Source: an uncultured Gemmatimonadales bacterium
GTDB lineage: Bacteria; Gemmatimonadota; Gemmatimonadetes; Gemmatimonadales; Gemmatimonadaceae
Length of the DNA: 64,000 nt
NCBI GenBank assembly: GCA_963701965.1
Contig: OY969695.1
Span: 1,088,001 to 1,152,000, forward strand
Direction of reading: 5' to 3'
How positions within the stretch are numbered: position 1 is the first letter of the stretch; each line of letters begins with the position of its first letter. The position numbers were made by a program, and so were the translations under genes. Shown here one piece after another: positions 1 through 9,227 of the stretch. The notes under the pieces were generated by a model that saw only the letters and a program-made list of their open reading frames with translations, did no database searches and was not told the origin of the DNA.

Positions 1-178
1 GGATCCCGATCCGTGCGCAGATGAGCTGGACCGCGGCCATGAGCGGCAGCGTGATGAGGGCGCACCACAGCAGCGCGAAACCATAGGCCGCTCCCGCCTG
101 CGAATACGTCGAGATCCCGGACGGATCGTCGTCGGCCGCCCCGGCGATGAGCCCGGGCCCCAGCCGGCGGAGCTTCAG
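1..178 (-). CDS. NRAMP-family divalent metal transporter, N-terminal part (runs off window)
   Basis: Hand translation LKLRRLGPGLIAGAADDDPSGISTYSQAGAAYGFALLW matches the NRAMP TM1 motif. The only nearby start is CTG at 178, overlapping the upstream TGA. Confidence 0.85.
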   Translation of the reverse strand, partial: MKLRRLGPGLIAGAADDDPSGISTYSQAGAAYGFALLWCALITLPLMAAVQLICARIGI

Positions 179-882
179 GGCAGAAACGCGCGATCGAGCG
201 CGTTGTGGGGATGCGACTCGCTGAAGTGGGACACGAGGAGTCCGGACGCGATGCCGACGGCCGCGCCACCGAGGACGTCGCTCAGCCAATGCCGGTTGGA
301 GTAGAGGCGGGAGATCGCCACCATCCCGGCCGTCGTGTAGGCGACGGGACCGACCCAGCCGCTATGCGGCCACCATCGCGCGCTCTCGACGCTGGCGACG
401 GCGGCGACCGAAAACGCCGACGCGCTGTGCAGCGAAGGCAGCGATCCGCGCTCGTCGTGCGTGAAGCCGGTCCCGAATCGAAAATCATACTGCCGCGTCG
501 GTGACGCGTCCGGCCGAGCACGGCCAATCAATCCCTTGAGGGTGACGGTCACCACGGTGCTCAACGCCAATGCCTCCATGCCGTGGAACCCGGCAGTCGC
601 CAATCCGCGATCGTGCCCCAGCTGCCCGCCCACATAGGCGCCAGCCGTCAAAACCGCCGTGCCGGGTATACCGAGAAGGTTGAACGCCGCCGCGGTCTCG
701 TGCAGAGCGTGGCTGGACTGGAGCGATGGGTTCTGAAAAACATCGCGCACGCTCCGGTCGAGCGGGGAGAGCGCCGCGCCCGCGAGCACGATCGCGCCAC
801 CGACCGCGAGGTCGCGACCCGGTGGGATCGTCTGCGCCGCCGCGGGAGCCGCGGCGACAATCAGCAGAAGAGCAAAGCGCAT
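175..882 (-). CDS. PAP2-family phosphatase
   Basis: Motifs KGLIGRARP, PSLH, SRLYSNRHWLSD. Signal-like N-terminus MRFALLL. TAGATT lies 7 nt before ATG 882. Confidence 0.9.
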   Translation of the reverse strand: MRFALLLIVAAAPAAAQTIPPGRDLAVGGAIVLAGAALSPLDRSVRDVFQNPSLQSSHALHETAAAFNLLGIPGTAVLTAGAYVGGQLGHDRGLATAGFHGMEALALSTVVTVTLKGLIGRARPDASPTRQYDFRFGTGFTHDERGSLPSLHSASAFSVAAVASVESARWWPHSGWVGPVAYTTAGMVAISRLYSNRHWLSDVLGGAAVGIASGLLVSHFSESHPHNALDRAFLP

Positions 883-951
883 GCCCGCCAATCTACTTCA
901 CATGGCGCCGAACTTGCCCCGCTCGGCCGTCGCATTCCTCGAGAGGGACCG

Positions 952-2070
952 ATGCGACGCCTCTTTCCTTTGTTCGCGTTCTTCATCGCTCTACCGGTGA
1001 CGGCCCAGCAACCCACCCCCCAACCCTTCGTTCGCAACGACACCATCTATAGTCAGAACCCGAACGCCATCGACACGAGTGCCTCCGCACGACACCCGAG
1101 CTGGACGAACGCGTTGGAGGTCGGCCTGTACCCGACGGCGCGTCACTACACGCCCGATGTCGGGTACGGCTGGCTGTGGGGTGGCGGTCTGACCGGCACC
1201 CTGGCGTATCACTTCACGCCATTTCTGGCGTTGGAGTTGGGGTACAGCGATACGTGGAATCCCGCGATCGTCAGCGGTCACCGCGCGAATCCCCTGACGC
1301 AGCTCGCAACGGGGTCTCTCGTCTTCCAACTGCCAACGCACGCGCCGATCGTGCCGTACGTGTCGGGAGGCCCCGGGTACAACTGGTTCCAGTTTCATTT
1401 GCCATCGAGCATCTACCCGAACCTGTCGGAAATCCGGACGAAAGGATTCTGGGTGTGGCATCCGGCGGCGGGCGCCAAGATCAAGCTGAGTTACAGCACG
1501 GCGCTCCGCATCGAGGCGAACATGGACGTCGCGAGCCACCGGCGCGCGACGGCCGGCGGATTCCTGGGCATCTCGTTCTTCCCGGGGGCCAAGCGCCCTG
1601 CCCCAGAGGTCCGGCAGATCATCGCCACCCCACCGCCGAAGCACGACACGACGCTGGTGACCCGGGTGGACACGGTGCGCGTGAGCGCCCCACCGCGCAC
1701 CGTGGTCGACACGAGTGTGCTCCTGGTGCTGCAGGACGTCAATTTCGGATTCGGGAAGTCGGATCTTCGCTCACGGGCGAAGCCCGTCTTGGATCGGGGC
1801 GCGCAGCAGCTCAACAGCATCGGCAACGTCCCGCTCGAGATCATCGGGTACACCGACAGCATTGGCTCGGACGCGTACAACAACAAACTCGGGTTGGCAC
1901 GGGCAACGTCGGTCCGGGACTATCTGGTGCGGGCGGGCGTGGACCCGAATCGCATCACGGTGGCGACTGGCGGGAAGTCGAATCCGGTGGCGTCGAACCG
2001 CACGGAACAAGGACGGGCGCTGAACCGGCGGGTCGTCATTCGGAAGCACGTGATCGGGGCGCCGCAGTAG
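952..2070 (+). CDS. OmpA-family outer membrane protein (beta-barrel + OmpA C-terminal peptidoglycan-binding domain)
   Basis: Signal peptide MRRLFPLFAFFIALPVTA after GAGGG. Motifs VNFGFGKS, GYTDSIG, LGLARA, NRRV. Confidence 0.9.
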   Translation: MRRLFPLFAFFIALPVTAQQPTPQPFVRNDTIYSQNPNAIDTSASARHPSWTNALEVGLYPTARHYTPDVGYGWLWGGGLTGTLAYHFTPFLALELGYSDTWNPAIVSGHRANPLTQLATGSLVFQLPTHAPIVPYVSGGPGYNWFQFHLPSSIYPNLSEIRTKGFWVWHPAAGAKIKLSYSTALRIEANMDVASHRRATAGGFLGISFFPGAKRPAPEVRQIIATPPPKHDTTLVTRVDTVRVSAPPRTVVDTSVLLVLQDVNFGFGKSDLRSRAKPVLDRGAQQLNSIGNVPLEIIGYTDSIGSDAYNNKLGLARATSVRDYLVRAGVDPNRITVATGGKSNPVASNRTEQGRALNRRVVIRKHVIGAPQ

Positions 2071-2084
2071 AGTAGCTTGGCGGG

Positions 2085-2372
2085 ATGATCTGTCTCGCCG
2101 TCACCTACGTGATCCGCGCCGGAGCCGAGGACCAGGCCATCGCCTGGTTCTCGGCTCTCACCGATGCCTCCCGCGCCGAGCCGGGCAATGCGATGTATGT
2201 CGTGCATCGCTCGCCCGAGGACCCGCGCCGCTTCTTCCTCTACGAGCAGTACGAGTCGCCGGCGGCGCTCGACGCCCACCGCGCGTCGCCCCACTTCGCG
2301 CGGTACGTGACGAACGGCCTGTACACGGTGGCCGAAGAACGGGTGGCCGAGCGCTACGCCCCGATCACCTGA
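2085..2372 (+). CDS. ABM-domain protein (putative quinol monooxygenase/LsrG-like)
   Basis: SRAEPGN...FFLYEQY...AHRASPHF pattern, 95 aa. Confidence 0.85.
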   Translation: MICLAVTYVIRAGAEDQAIAWFSALTDASRAEPGNAMYVVHRSPEDPRRFFLYEQYESPAALDAHRASPHFARYVTNGLYTVAEERVAERYAPIT

Positions 2373-3481
2373 TTCCGAACGGTGATGTCGTCGACCCGGT
2401 CGCGGTCGACGGTCACGCCGATCCCCGGGCGGTCCAGGGGCACGCCGACCGTCCCCTGGTCGTCCATGGTCCACTCGGGCGTCACAATGTCCCGCTCCCA
2501 ATAGCGCGCGCTGGGACTGAGGTCGCCGGGGAGCGAGAAGTTGGCCAGCGAGGCCAGCGCCACGTTGTGGGCGCGGCCTACCCCGCTTTCCAGCATGCCG
2601 CCGCACCAAACGGGAATGCCGGCCCCCAGACACAGGTCGTGGATCGCGATCGACCGTGAGAAACCGCCCACGCGACCGGGCTTGATATTGATGATCCGGC
2701 CCGATCCCAGCGCGATCATGTCCTCGGCGCGATCGACCGAGGTAATCGACTCGTCGAGGCACAACGGGGTCTTGAGGCGCCGCTGCAGCGCGGCGTGGCG
2801 CACCAAGTCATCCTGGCCCAGCGGCTGCTCGATCATGATCAGATCGAACGCGTCGAGACGGGCCAGATGATCGGCGTCGCTGATGGTGTACGCCGAGTTG
2901 GCATCGACCATAATACCCACGTCCGGGCCGAGGGCCTCGCGCACCGCTGCCACGTAAGCGATGTCTTTCCCAGGGGCGATCTTGACCTTGACCTTGCGAT
3001 AATGCGCGTCGCGCGCTGCCCGCGCGCGCGCCACCAGCGCGTCGGGCGTTGATTGAATCCCGAGTGAGATGCCGGTGACGACGCGATCCCGAGTCCCACC
3101 GAGCAGACGCGCCAGGGGAAGTTGGGTCGCTTGCGCGGCGAGCGCCCAACACCCCATTTCGATCGCCGCCTTCGCCATATTGTGCCCCTGCACGTCGCGC
3201 GACAGCGCGGCGAACACGGCACGAGGATCGTCGAACTCGCGGCCGATGACGCGTTGCGACAGCCACGTGGTGATCGCCAGCCACGCCGTCTCCACCGTCT
3301 CGGCGGTGTAGTTCGGCGCCTCACCGGCCACGCACTCGGACCATTCGACGACGCCATTGGCGTCGCGCAGCTCGAGCAGGACAATGCGCCGCTCGCTCAC
3401 GACCCCGGACGAGATGCGAAACGGCTCGCGCAGGGGCAGCCGCAACTCGTGCAACGTGATCCGCTCCACACAGAGTGTCAT
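2354..3481 (-). CDS. menC: o-succinylbenzoate synthase / N-succinylamino acid racemase (NSAR/OSBS subfamily, enolase superfamily)
   Basis: KVKVK, DAN, EQP, DES, KPGRVGG, CGGMLE motifs. Confidence 0.88.
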   Translation of the reverse strand: MTLCVERITLHELRLPLREPFRISSGVVSERRIVLLELRDANGVVEWSECVAGEAPNYTAETVETAWLAITTWLSQRVIGREFDDPRAVFAALSRDVQGHNMAKAAIEMGCWALAAQATQLPLARLLGGTRDRVVTGISLGIQSTPDALVARARAARDAHYRKVKVKIAPGKDIAYVAAVREALGPDVGIMVDANSAYTISDADHLARLDAFDLIMIEQPLGQDDLVRHAALQRRLKTPLCLDESITSVDRAEDMIALGSGRIINIKPGRVGGFSRSIAIHDLCLGAGIPVWCGGMLESGVGRAHNVALASLANFSLPGDLSPSARYWERDIVTPEWTMDDQGTVGVPLDRPGIGVTVDRDRVDDITVRNQVIGA

Positions 3482-4174
3482 GCCCGCCCCAGGGTGTAAT
3501 ACGTGTCATCGCCCTCGCGCCGGAAGCCGCTCACGCGCAATCCATCGGCGAAGGCTTGTTCGAACGCCACCCGCGTGCGGGCCCGCCACGCGGCGGCTTC
3601 GGCCACCGACTGGCCCAGCACGGCGTCGATGGCCGGCGGGATGGCCACCCGGCCCACGACGTCCCCCGGCGGCCGCCGCGAGCCATCCAGCCGCCATCGC
3701 ACGACGAACCGATCGGTCCCCAGCGCGTCGTGCATCGGACTATTGGTGACGCCGTACATGTCCGGCACGTACTCGGCCACATCGGCGCCCAGCACGTTCA
3801 GGTTGAGATGGGCATTGCGCGCCACCAGCGGATCGTACGTCCAGTACATCGTACCGATGCCCAGCGCGCGCACCGCGTCGCGCTGAAAGGCCTTGAGGGC
3901 CCGGCCGATCCCCTGGTCCCGGGCATTGGGATCCACGGCCAGCATGTCGGACCAATGCACGGTGGCCCCGTCTTTGAGGCCGGTCATCCCGAACACGAAT
4001 CCAACCAGACGATCGCCATCGAATGCGCCGGCGACAATGCCGCCGATCTTCTGCGCGACGAGCAGGATCGTCCGCGGGACGCGCTCCGTGAAATCGGCGC
4101 CCCAAGTGTCCTGCTGCATGCGGACGCAGGCGTCGAGCTCGCGGGGCCCGACGAGAATGGCGAACCGTGATCAC
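3478..4174 (-). CDS. GNAT acyltransferase (candidate D-amino acid N-succinyltransferase), with a +1 frameshift near its 5' end
   Basis: HWSDMLAV, GIGRALK, WTYDPLVARNAHLN. Removing one base at 4156/4157 joins GTG 4174 (MITVRHLVGPRELDACVRMQQDTWG). Confidence 0.82.
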
Positions 4175-4181
4175 CAGGCGG

Positions 4182-6587
4182 TCACTTGCGCGCGGTAATG
4201 GCCGAGAAGTCCACGTTCCCAATGCGGTACCGCCGGGAGTCACGGAAGTCGAAGTGCCACCATTCCGCGGGATACACGGTGAACCCTTCCAGTTCCATGA
4301 GACGCCGCAACAGGTTGCGGCGCCAGCGCTCGAGCGACGTCCCCCCGGGATAGTACGCATAGCTGCGATCGGACATCTCATCATATCCGCCCGGCATCCG
4401 CAGCTCTTTTCCGGACAGCGTGTCGTACAGCGTCAGGTCCACCGCGGCGCCGCGGTTGTGATTGGAGCCGGCCGCGGGGTCGGCCACGAAAATGTGATTC
4501 TCCGGCGGTGTGGCGTCCCAGAAGATCTTCGTCACATACCACGGGCGATAGGCGTCGTGGATCAGGATCCCGAGGCCCTGTCGCCGCAGCGCGCGGTTGA
4601 CGCGGACGACGGCTTCGGCCGCGGGACGTTGCAGAAAAGCCCGGGCCTCCGTGTAGACCGGCACGCCGAGAAAGTTGTTCGACGTCGCGTAGCGGATGTC
4701 GAGTTTGATGGTGGAGTCGAGCGAGACGACGTCCACGAGATCGCTCGGCAAAAATGACCCCGACTCCGCTGGCGGCGTCGCCGCCAGCGCCGCCGCGCGC
4801 AGCGCGGGGATGGGTCGCACGGGGGTGATGTGAAACTGCGACCCGTCTTCGGGACCGACGGCGCGGCGGTCGTAGCTCACCCCCCCGGCGACGACGGTCG
4901 TCGCCCGCCCGCTCGTATCGCGAATGAACGCGAGATGCTCGCCGTCGTAGTAGCCCCAATCCGGGAACGCGTAGTTATCGGGACCGATCTCGGTCAGCGG
5001 ATACTCCTGGAACCAGTCGACCAGCGCGATCAACCGGCCGCCCCGCTCGAGGATGTTCAGCGTGTTGTAGTCCCATCCATACTCGCCAATGAGCCCCACC
5101 CATCGCGGTCCGGGAGACCCGGGCATCGGCTGTTCGGCCCGCCAGAGGGTGTCCCGATCCACAATGACAGCGTATCCCAACGGCAACACCCGGTCGCCGA
5201 ACCCGAGGCGATCGTCCGTCACCAGGGTATCGTGCGGCGTCGCCCGCAGGGCCAGCCGCTGCCCCCCGCGCGCCGAACGGGCGTACAGCACCCCGCCTTC
5301 GTTCTCCAGGAACACGCCGCGCGACCCCGCGTGATACCAGCCATCGAGCCGCACCGCGGTGGCGACCGGCACCGCGGCGAGCGCCGGCGGCACCGCCAGC
5401 GTCGTGGCCGTGCGGTGCGCCAGCAGCAACCGCAGCGCCGCGTCGGCGATTCGCGACGTGACGGCCGTGGTGCCGTCCAACGTCGTGATCACCGCGACGC
5501 CCAGCCGATCATCGGGCAGCGCATCCAACTCCGTGGCAAACCCGTACACGGATCCATTGTGCCCGACGCTGCGGTGGCCATCGAGGGACGAGATCGCGAA
5601 CCCCAGCCCATACCGCACGCCGTCCACCGTCGTGTCGTACTGCGGCCGCCACATCTCGGCCAACGTCGCCGGGGAGAGCACTTGCCCGCGCGCGCTCCGG
5701 CCTCCCGTGAACAGCACGCTCATGAATCGCGAGAGATCAGTCACACTGGAGTACATCGAAATCGCGGGCGCTTCGCCAAACGGAAACGTCGGCGCCAGGA
5801 ACCGCCGGCCCTCATAGGTCCACATCGTACCGGCCGCCAACTGCGGCACCATGTCGGGAGTGAGCGCGAACCCGCTATGCCGGAGGCCCAGCGGCTGCAT
5901 CACTTCCCGGTCCATGAACGTCGCGAACGGGAGGCCCGAGGCGCGCTCGATCGCGTAACCCGCCGTCGCCACGCCGGCGTTGGAGTACTTCGTGTGCGAC
6001 CCTGGCCGATAGGCCAACGCCGCTTCGTTGAGACTGGAGATCGTCGCCGCCAGCGATGGCCCGGAGGAATCGACATAGCTGCCGACCGGCGCCTCCAGCG
6101 GGAGCCCGGATCGGTGCGTCAACAGCTCCCGCAACGTCACCGGCTGGCGTGCGGTGAAGGGGTTGTGGGGCGAGAAGTCCGGGATGTACCGCATGACGGG
6201 CGCGTCCAGGTCGAGCGCGCCGCGCTCGACGAGGCGCATGACCCCGATGTTGGTGAAGAGCTTGGAGACCGAGCCGATACGGTAGACGGTAGCCGCCGTT
6301 GCCGGGGCGCTATCGCGGGGGTTGGCGATCCCGAAGCCCCGCGCCCACACGATGCGCTGGTCGTCGACCAGCGCGATCGACAGGCCCGGAATCCCCTTCT
6401 CGGCCAACTCGCGCTCGATAAAGGGCTCCAGCGTGGCGACCAACGCGCCATACCCATCGGCGGCCGCGACGAAGGGTGCGTCCGGCGGACCCTGGGCCTG
6501 GCTGGCGGCGGCGCTGGCGGACACGGCGGCCGCCACGGCGAGGACACCGCCGGCCCAAAGCGCGAGCACCCGGATCGCACCGTGCAT
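4182..6587 (-). CDS. Secreted beta-lactamase-family serine hydrolase fused to a VanX/DdpX-type D-Ala-D-Ala dipeptidase (M15)
   Basis: SVSK, YSN and HNG motifs in the N-domain. DAYRP, SNHNRGAAVD and EWWHFD in the C-domain. Confidence 0.9.
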   Translation of the reverse strand: MHGAIRVLALWAGGVLAVAAAVSASAAASQAQGPPDAPFVAAADGYGALVATLEPFIERELAEKGIPGLSIALVDDQRIVWARGFGIANPRDSAPATAATVYRIGSVSKLFTNIGVMRLVERGALDLDAPVMRYIPDFSPHNPFTARQPVTLRELLTHRSGLPLEAPVGSYVDSSGPSLAATISSLNEAALAYRPGSHTKYSNAGVATAGYAIERASGLPFATFMDREVMQPLGLRHSGFALTPDMVPQLAAGTMWTYEGRRFLAPTFPFGEAPAISMYSSVTDLSRFMSVLFTGGRSARGQVLSPATLAEMWRPQYDTTVDGVRYGLGFAISSLDGHRSVGHNGSVYGFATELDALPDDRLGVAVITTLDGTTAVTSRIADAALRLLLAHRTATTLAVPPALAAVPVATAVRLDGWYHAGSRGVFLENEGGVLYARSARGGQRLALRATPHDTLVTDDRLGFGDRVLPLGYAVIVDRDTLWRAEQPMPGSPGPRWVGLIGEYGWDYNTLNILERGGRLIALVDWFQEYPLTEIGPDNYAFPDWGYYDGEHLAFIRDTSGRATTVVAGGVSYDRRAVGPEDGSQFHITPVRPIPALRAAALAATPPAESGSFLPSDLVDVVSLDSTIKLDIRYATSNNFLGVPVYTEARAFLQRPAAEAVVRVNRALRRQGLGILIHDAYRPWYVTKIFWDATPPENHIFVADPAAGSNHNRGAAVDLTLYDTLSGKELRMPGGYDEMSDRSYAYYPGGTSLERWRRNLLRRLMELEGFTVYPAEWWHFDFRDSRRYRIGNVDFSAITARK

Positions 6588-6653
6588 GTATGTGCAAATT
6601 ACCCGGGGGTCGGGAGCATTGCACAGGCTCCTCGACCGGCGCTAGAATAGCGG

Positions 6654-8093
6654 ATGATTATTCGCCTGCTGGCCGGTCTCGCCTTGCTCCCGCTCGCCGC
6701 CGGAGCGCAAATCACCCAAGCCGAGTACGCGGCGCGCCGCGACTCGCTGGCGGCACGGGTCGACAGTGGCGTCATCTTCCTCGCCGGCGCGCGAGAGACG
6801 ATCGACCACTACCCGCCGTTCAAGCAACGGGCGCCGTTCCGGTATCTCACCGGCTTCCTGGCGCCCGACGCGTCGCTGGTCATGGTGCGGCGGGGCGGCC
6901 ACACCACCGCCACGCTCTATATCCAGTCGCCCGATCCACGGCGCGAGTTCTACAACGGCGGCCGCACGACGCCGGAGGCGATCACCCGGGAGACGGGCAT
7001 GGCGGCCGCCCGGAACGAGCGGCTGCGGGCCGATCTCGACTCGCTCACCGGCACGGGACTCACGCTGTGGGTCGCGAGCGACGCCGAAGCGGACGAGTTC
7101 ATCCGGGACGACTCATTGAGCTTCGGGAGCGCAATGGTGCGCAACCTGAGGGCCGCGCACCCCTATCTGGTCGTCAAGGACGCCACGCCGATGCTCGACC
7201 AGCTGCGCGCGCGAAAGAGCGCGGCCGAGGTCGCGTTGCTCGAGCGCGCGGCGGCCATCTCCGTCCTGGGGCACAAAGCGGTCTTGAGCGAGATCGCGCC
7301 CAACAAGAACGAATACGAAGTCCAGGCCCTCATGGAGTACACGTTCCGGCGAAACGGCGGCGATCTCGAGCCGGCGTACGCCTCGATCGTCGGGTCGGGA
7401 CCGAATAGCACGACGTTGCACTACGATCGCGACGACCGGGCCATGCACGCGGGCGAGATGCTGGTGATGGACTGCGCGACCAGTTATCAGGGCTACGCCG
7501 CCGACATTACGCGGACGGTACCCGTGAGCGGCGTCTTCACGGCCGACCAGCGGACGATCTACCAGATCGTGCGCGACGCCCAAGCCGCCGGGGAGCGGCA
7601 GATCAAACCGGGCGTACCCGCGAAAACGGAGCGCGACTCGATCCAGGCCGTGGTGGCCGCGGGACTGGCCAAGCTCAAGTTGATCGACTCGGTCACGGCG
7701 GTGGTCGACGCGCCCAAGGGATTTTGCGGGCCGCGCGACACATGCCCACAGGCGTCGCTGTTCCTGCCCCACGGGCCCGGCCATGGCTTGGGCCTCGACG
7801 TCCACGATCCGGCGCAGTTCTACTATGCGCCGGCAATGGCCTTCGGCGTCGGCAATGCGCTGACGATCGAACCGGGGATCTACATCAAGCCCTCGATTCT
7901 CGATATCCTGCCGGACACCCCGCGGAACCGCGCGTATGCGGATCGTGTGCGGCCGCTGCTGCAGCGCTATGCCAACATCGGGGTTCGGATCGAGGACGAC
8001 TACGTGCTGACGGCGGATGGGCTCAAGCGCATCACGCCCGCGCCACGCGAGGCGGCCGAGATCGAGAGTTTGATGAAGCGAGTCGTGCAGTAG
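6654..8093 (+). CDS. Xaa-Pro aminopeptidase (M24B), secreted
   Basis: Signal peptide. D..SYQGYAAD, HGLGLDVHD, TIEPG, RIEDD metal ligands. Confidence 0.92.
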   Translation: MIIRLLAGLALLPLAAGAQITQAEYAARRDSLAARVDSGVIFLAGARETIDHYPPFKQRAPFRYLTGFLAPDASLVMVRRGGHTTATLYIQSPDPRREFYNGGRTTPEAITRETGMAAARNERLRADLDSLTGTGLTLWVASDAEADEFIRDDSLSFGSAMVRNLRAAHPYLVVKDATPMLDQLRARKSAAEVALLERAAAISVLGHKAVLSEIAPNKNEYEVQALMEYTFRRNGGDLEPAYASIVGSGPNSTTLHYDRDDRAMHAGEMLVMDCATSYQGYAADITRTVPVSGVFTADQRTIYQIVRDAQAAGERQIKPGVPAKTERDSIQAVVAAGLAKLKLIDSVTAVVDAPKGFCGPRDTCPQASLFLPHGPGHGLGLDVHDPAQFYYAPAMAFGVGNALTIEPGIYIKPSILDILPDTPRNRAYADRVRPLLQRYANIGVRIEDDYVLTADGLKRITPAPREAAEIESLMKRVVQ

Positions 8094-8095
8094 GC

Positions 8096-8812
8096 CTAGC
8101 GGGCGGCCAGGGCGGTCAGGGCGAAACCCGCGGCGATCCAACCCGCCGCGGCCAGGCGGGCCCGCGACCCAATCGGCAGCGAGCGCAGCAGGGACGCCGC
8201 AATGTAAAGAAACGTGCCGGCGGCGATCGGGATCATCGCGTTGGCCAGCCCGCGCGCGTGCGCCCCGACGAGCAGCGTCACGAGTGCCCCGCCGAGCGCA
8301 CCGACCCCGGTCAGTACGTTGAGGGCGTAGGCCCGGCGAACGGACAGTCCGCCGTGCAGGAAGATCCCCAGGCTGCCCATCTCCCGCGGCAGTTCGTGGA
8401 GCCCGACGGCGACGGTCGCCAGGATCCCCAGGGAGGGGTTGGCGAGGAACGAGGCAGCGATCAACATCCCATCGATGGCGTTGTGGAACACATCGCCCAC
8501 AAAGTTGAGCCACACGATCCGGCGTTCCGCGCATCCCGCGGCGAAGCGCTGAAACAGATGGTCGAGGAGTCCGAAGCCGGCTATTCCGGCGACGACAGCT
8601 AGGGCGATGCTCGCGCGCGAGGCGCCACTACTGAGCGCGTCCGGTATCAGATCGAACAGGACCGCACCGGCCAAAGCGCCGATCGCCACGCGCGCCATGG
8701 GTGGCACGGCGCGTTTCACGACAGCGGGATCGAAGAAGAGGACAAGAGCGCCGACAAGCGGCAGGGCGCTGAGCACCCCGACAGCGGCCATGCTCTGAAT
8801 CCATACGGACAT
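8096..8812 (-). CDS. ZIP-family metal transporter
   Basis: FHNAIDG and HELPRE motifs, multiple TM helices. Confidence 0.88.
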   Translation of the reverse strand: MSVWIQSMAAVGVLSALPLVGALVLFFDPAVVKRAVPPMARVAIGALAGAVLFDLIPDALSSGASRASIALAVVAGIAGFGLLDHLFQRFAAGCAERRIVWLNFVGDVFHNAIDGMLIAASFLANPSLGILATVAVGLHELPREMGSLGIFLHGGLSVRRAYALNVLTGVGALGGALVTLLVGAHARGLANAMIPIAAGTFLYIAASLLRSLPIGSRARLAAAGWIAAGFALTALAAR

Positions 8813-8879
8813 GCGGTAACCTACTCTATCGAGTGATGCCGGTCACAGAAGGCACCGGGCTTAACCGTAGCTTTGCGAC

Positions 8880-9227
8880 ATGCTTGACCAATGCGTGCTC
8901 GCGCTCTTGATGCTGCTCACGACGCGTCAAACGGACGACGTCAAACTGTTGGGAACCAATGGGGGCGTCCGTTTTGTGGTCATCGCCGCCCGTGCCGCGA
9001 AGACCGACGACGATCTCCGGCGTGTCGCGCGCATGATGTGCGCCGAGGATCGCATCTGCGCGGTGCGGTTCTGGGTGAGTGAGACGCACGCCGCGCGCCG
9101 GCTCCCCATGACCGACGAGCAAGCCCGCTTTCAAGTCGCCGCGTACACCATCAATCGGAACACCGGCGTCGACGATTTCACCTGCCAGCCGACGGCGGAC
9201 CATGCGCCGCCGTGCACGCCTCAGTGA
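8880..9227 (+). CDS. Hypothetical small exported protein
   Basis: Hydrophobic N-terminus, several Cys. TAGCTT lies 6 nt before ATG. Fills the gap between two real genes. Confidence 0.55.
   Translation: MLDQCVLALLMLLTTRQTDDVKLLGTNGGVRFVVIAARAAKTDDDLRRVARMMCAEDRICAVRFWVSETHAARRLPMTDEQARFQVAAYTINRNTGVDDFTCQPTADHAPPCTPQ

Noticed and set aside
2354..3481. Menaquinone biosynthesis cluster
   Set aside because: No other men genes are in the window, and the context fits the racemase role better.
4830..6650. Long antisense or alternative-frame ORFs (also 10080-12362, 20602-22419, 43708-45639, 51844-55065 and others)
   Set aside because: These are Arg/Pro-rich shadows of real genes, expected at high GC, and carry no family motifs.
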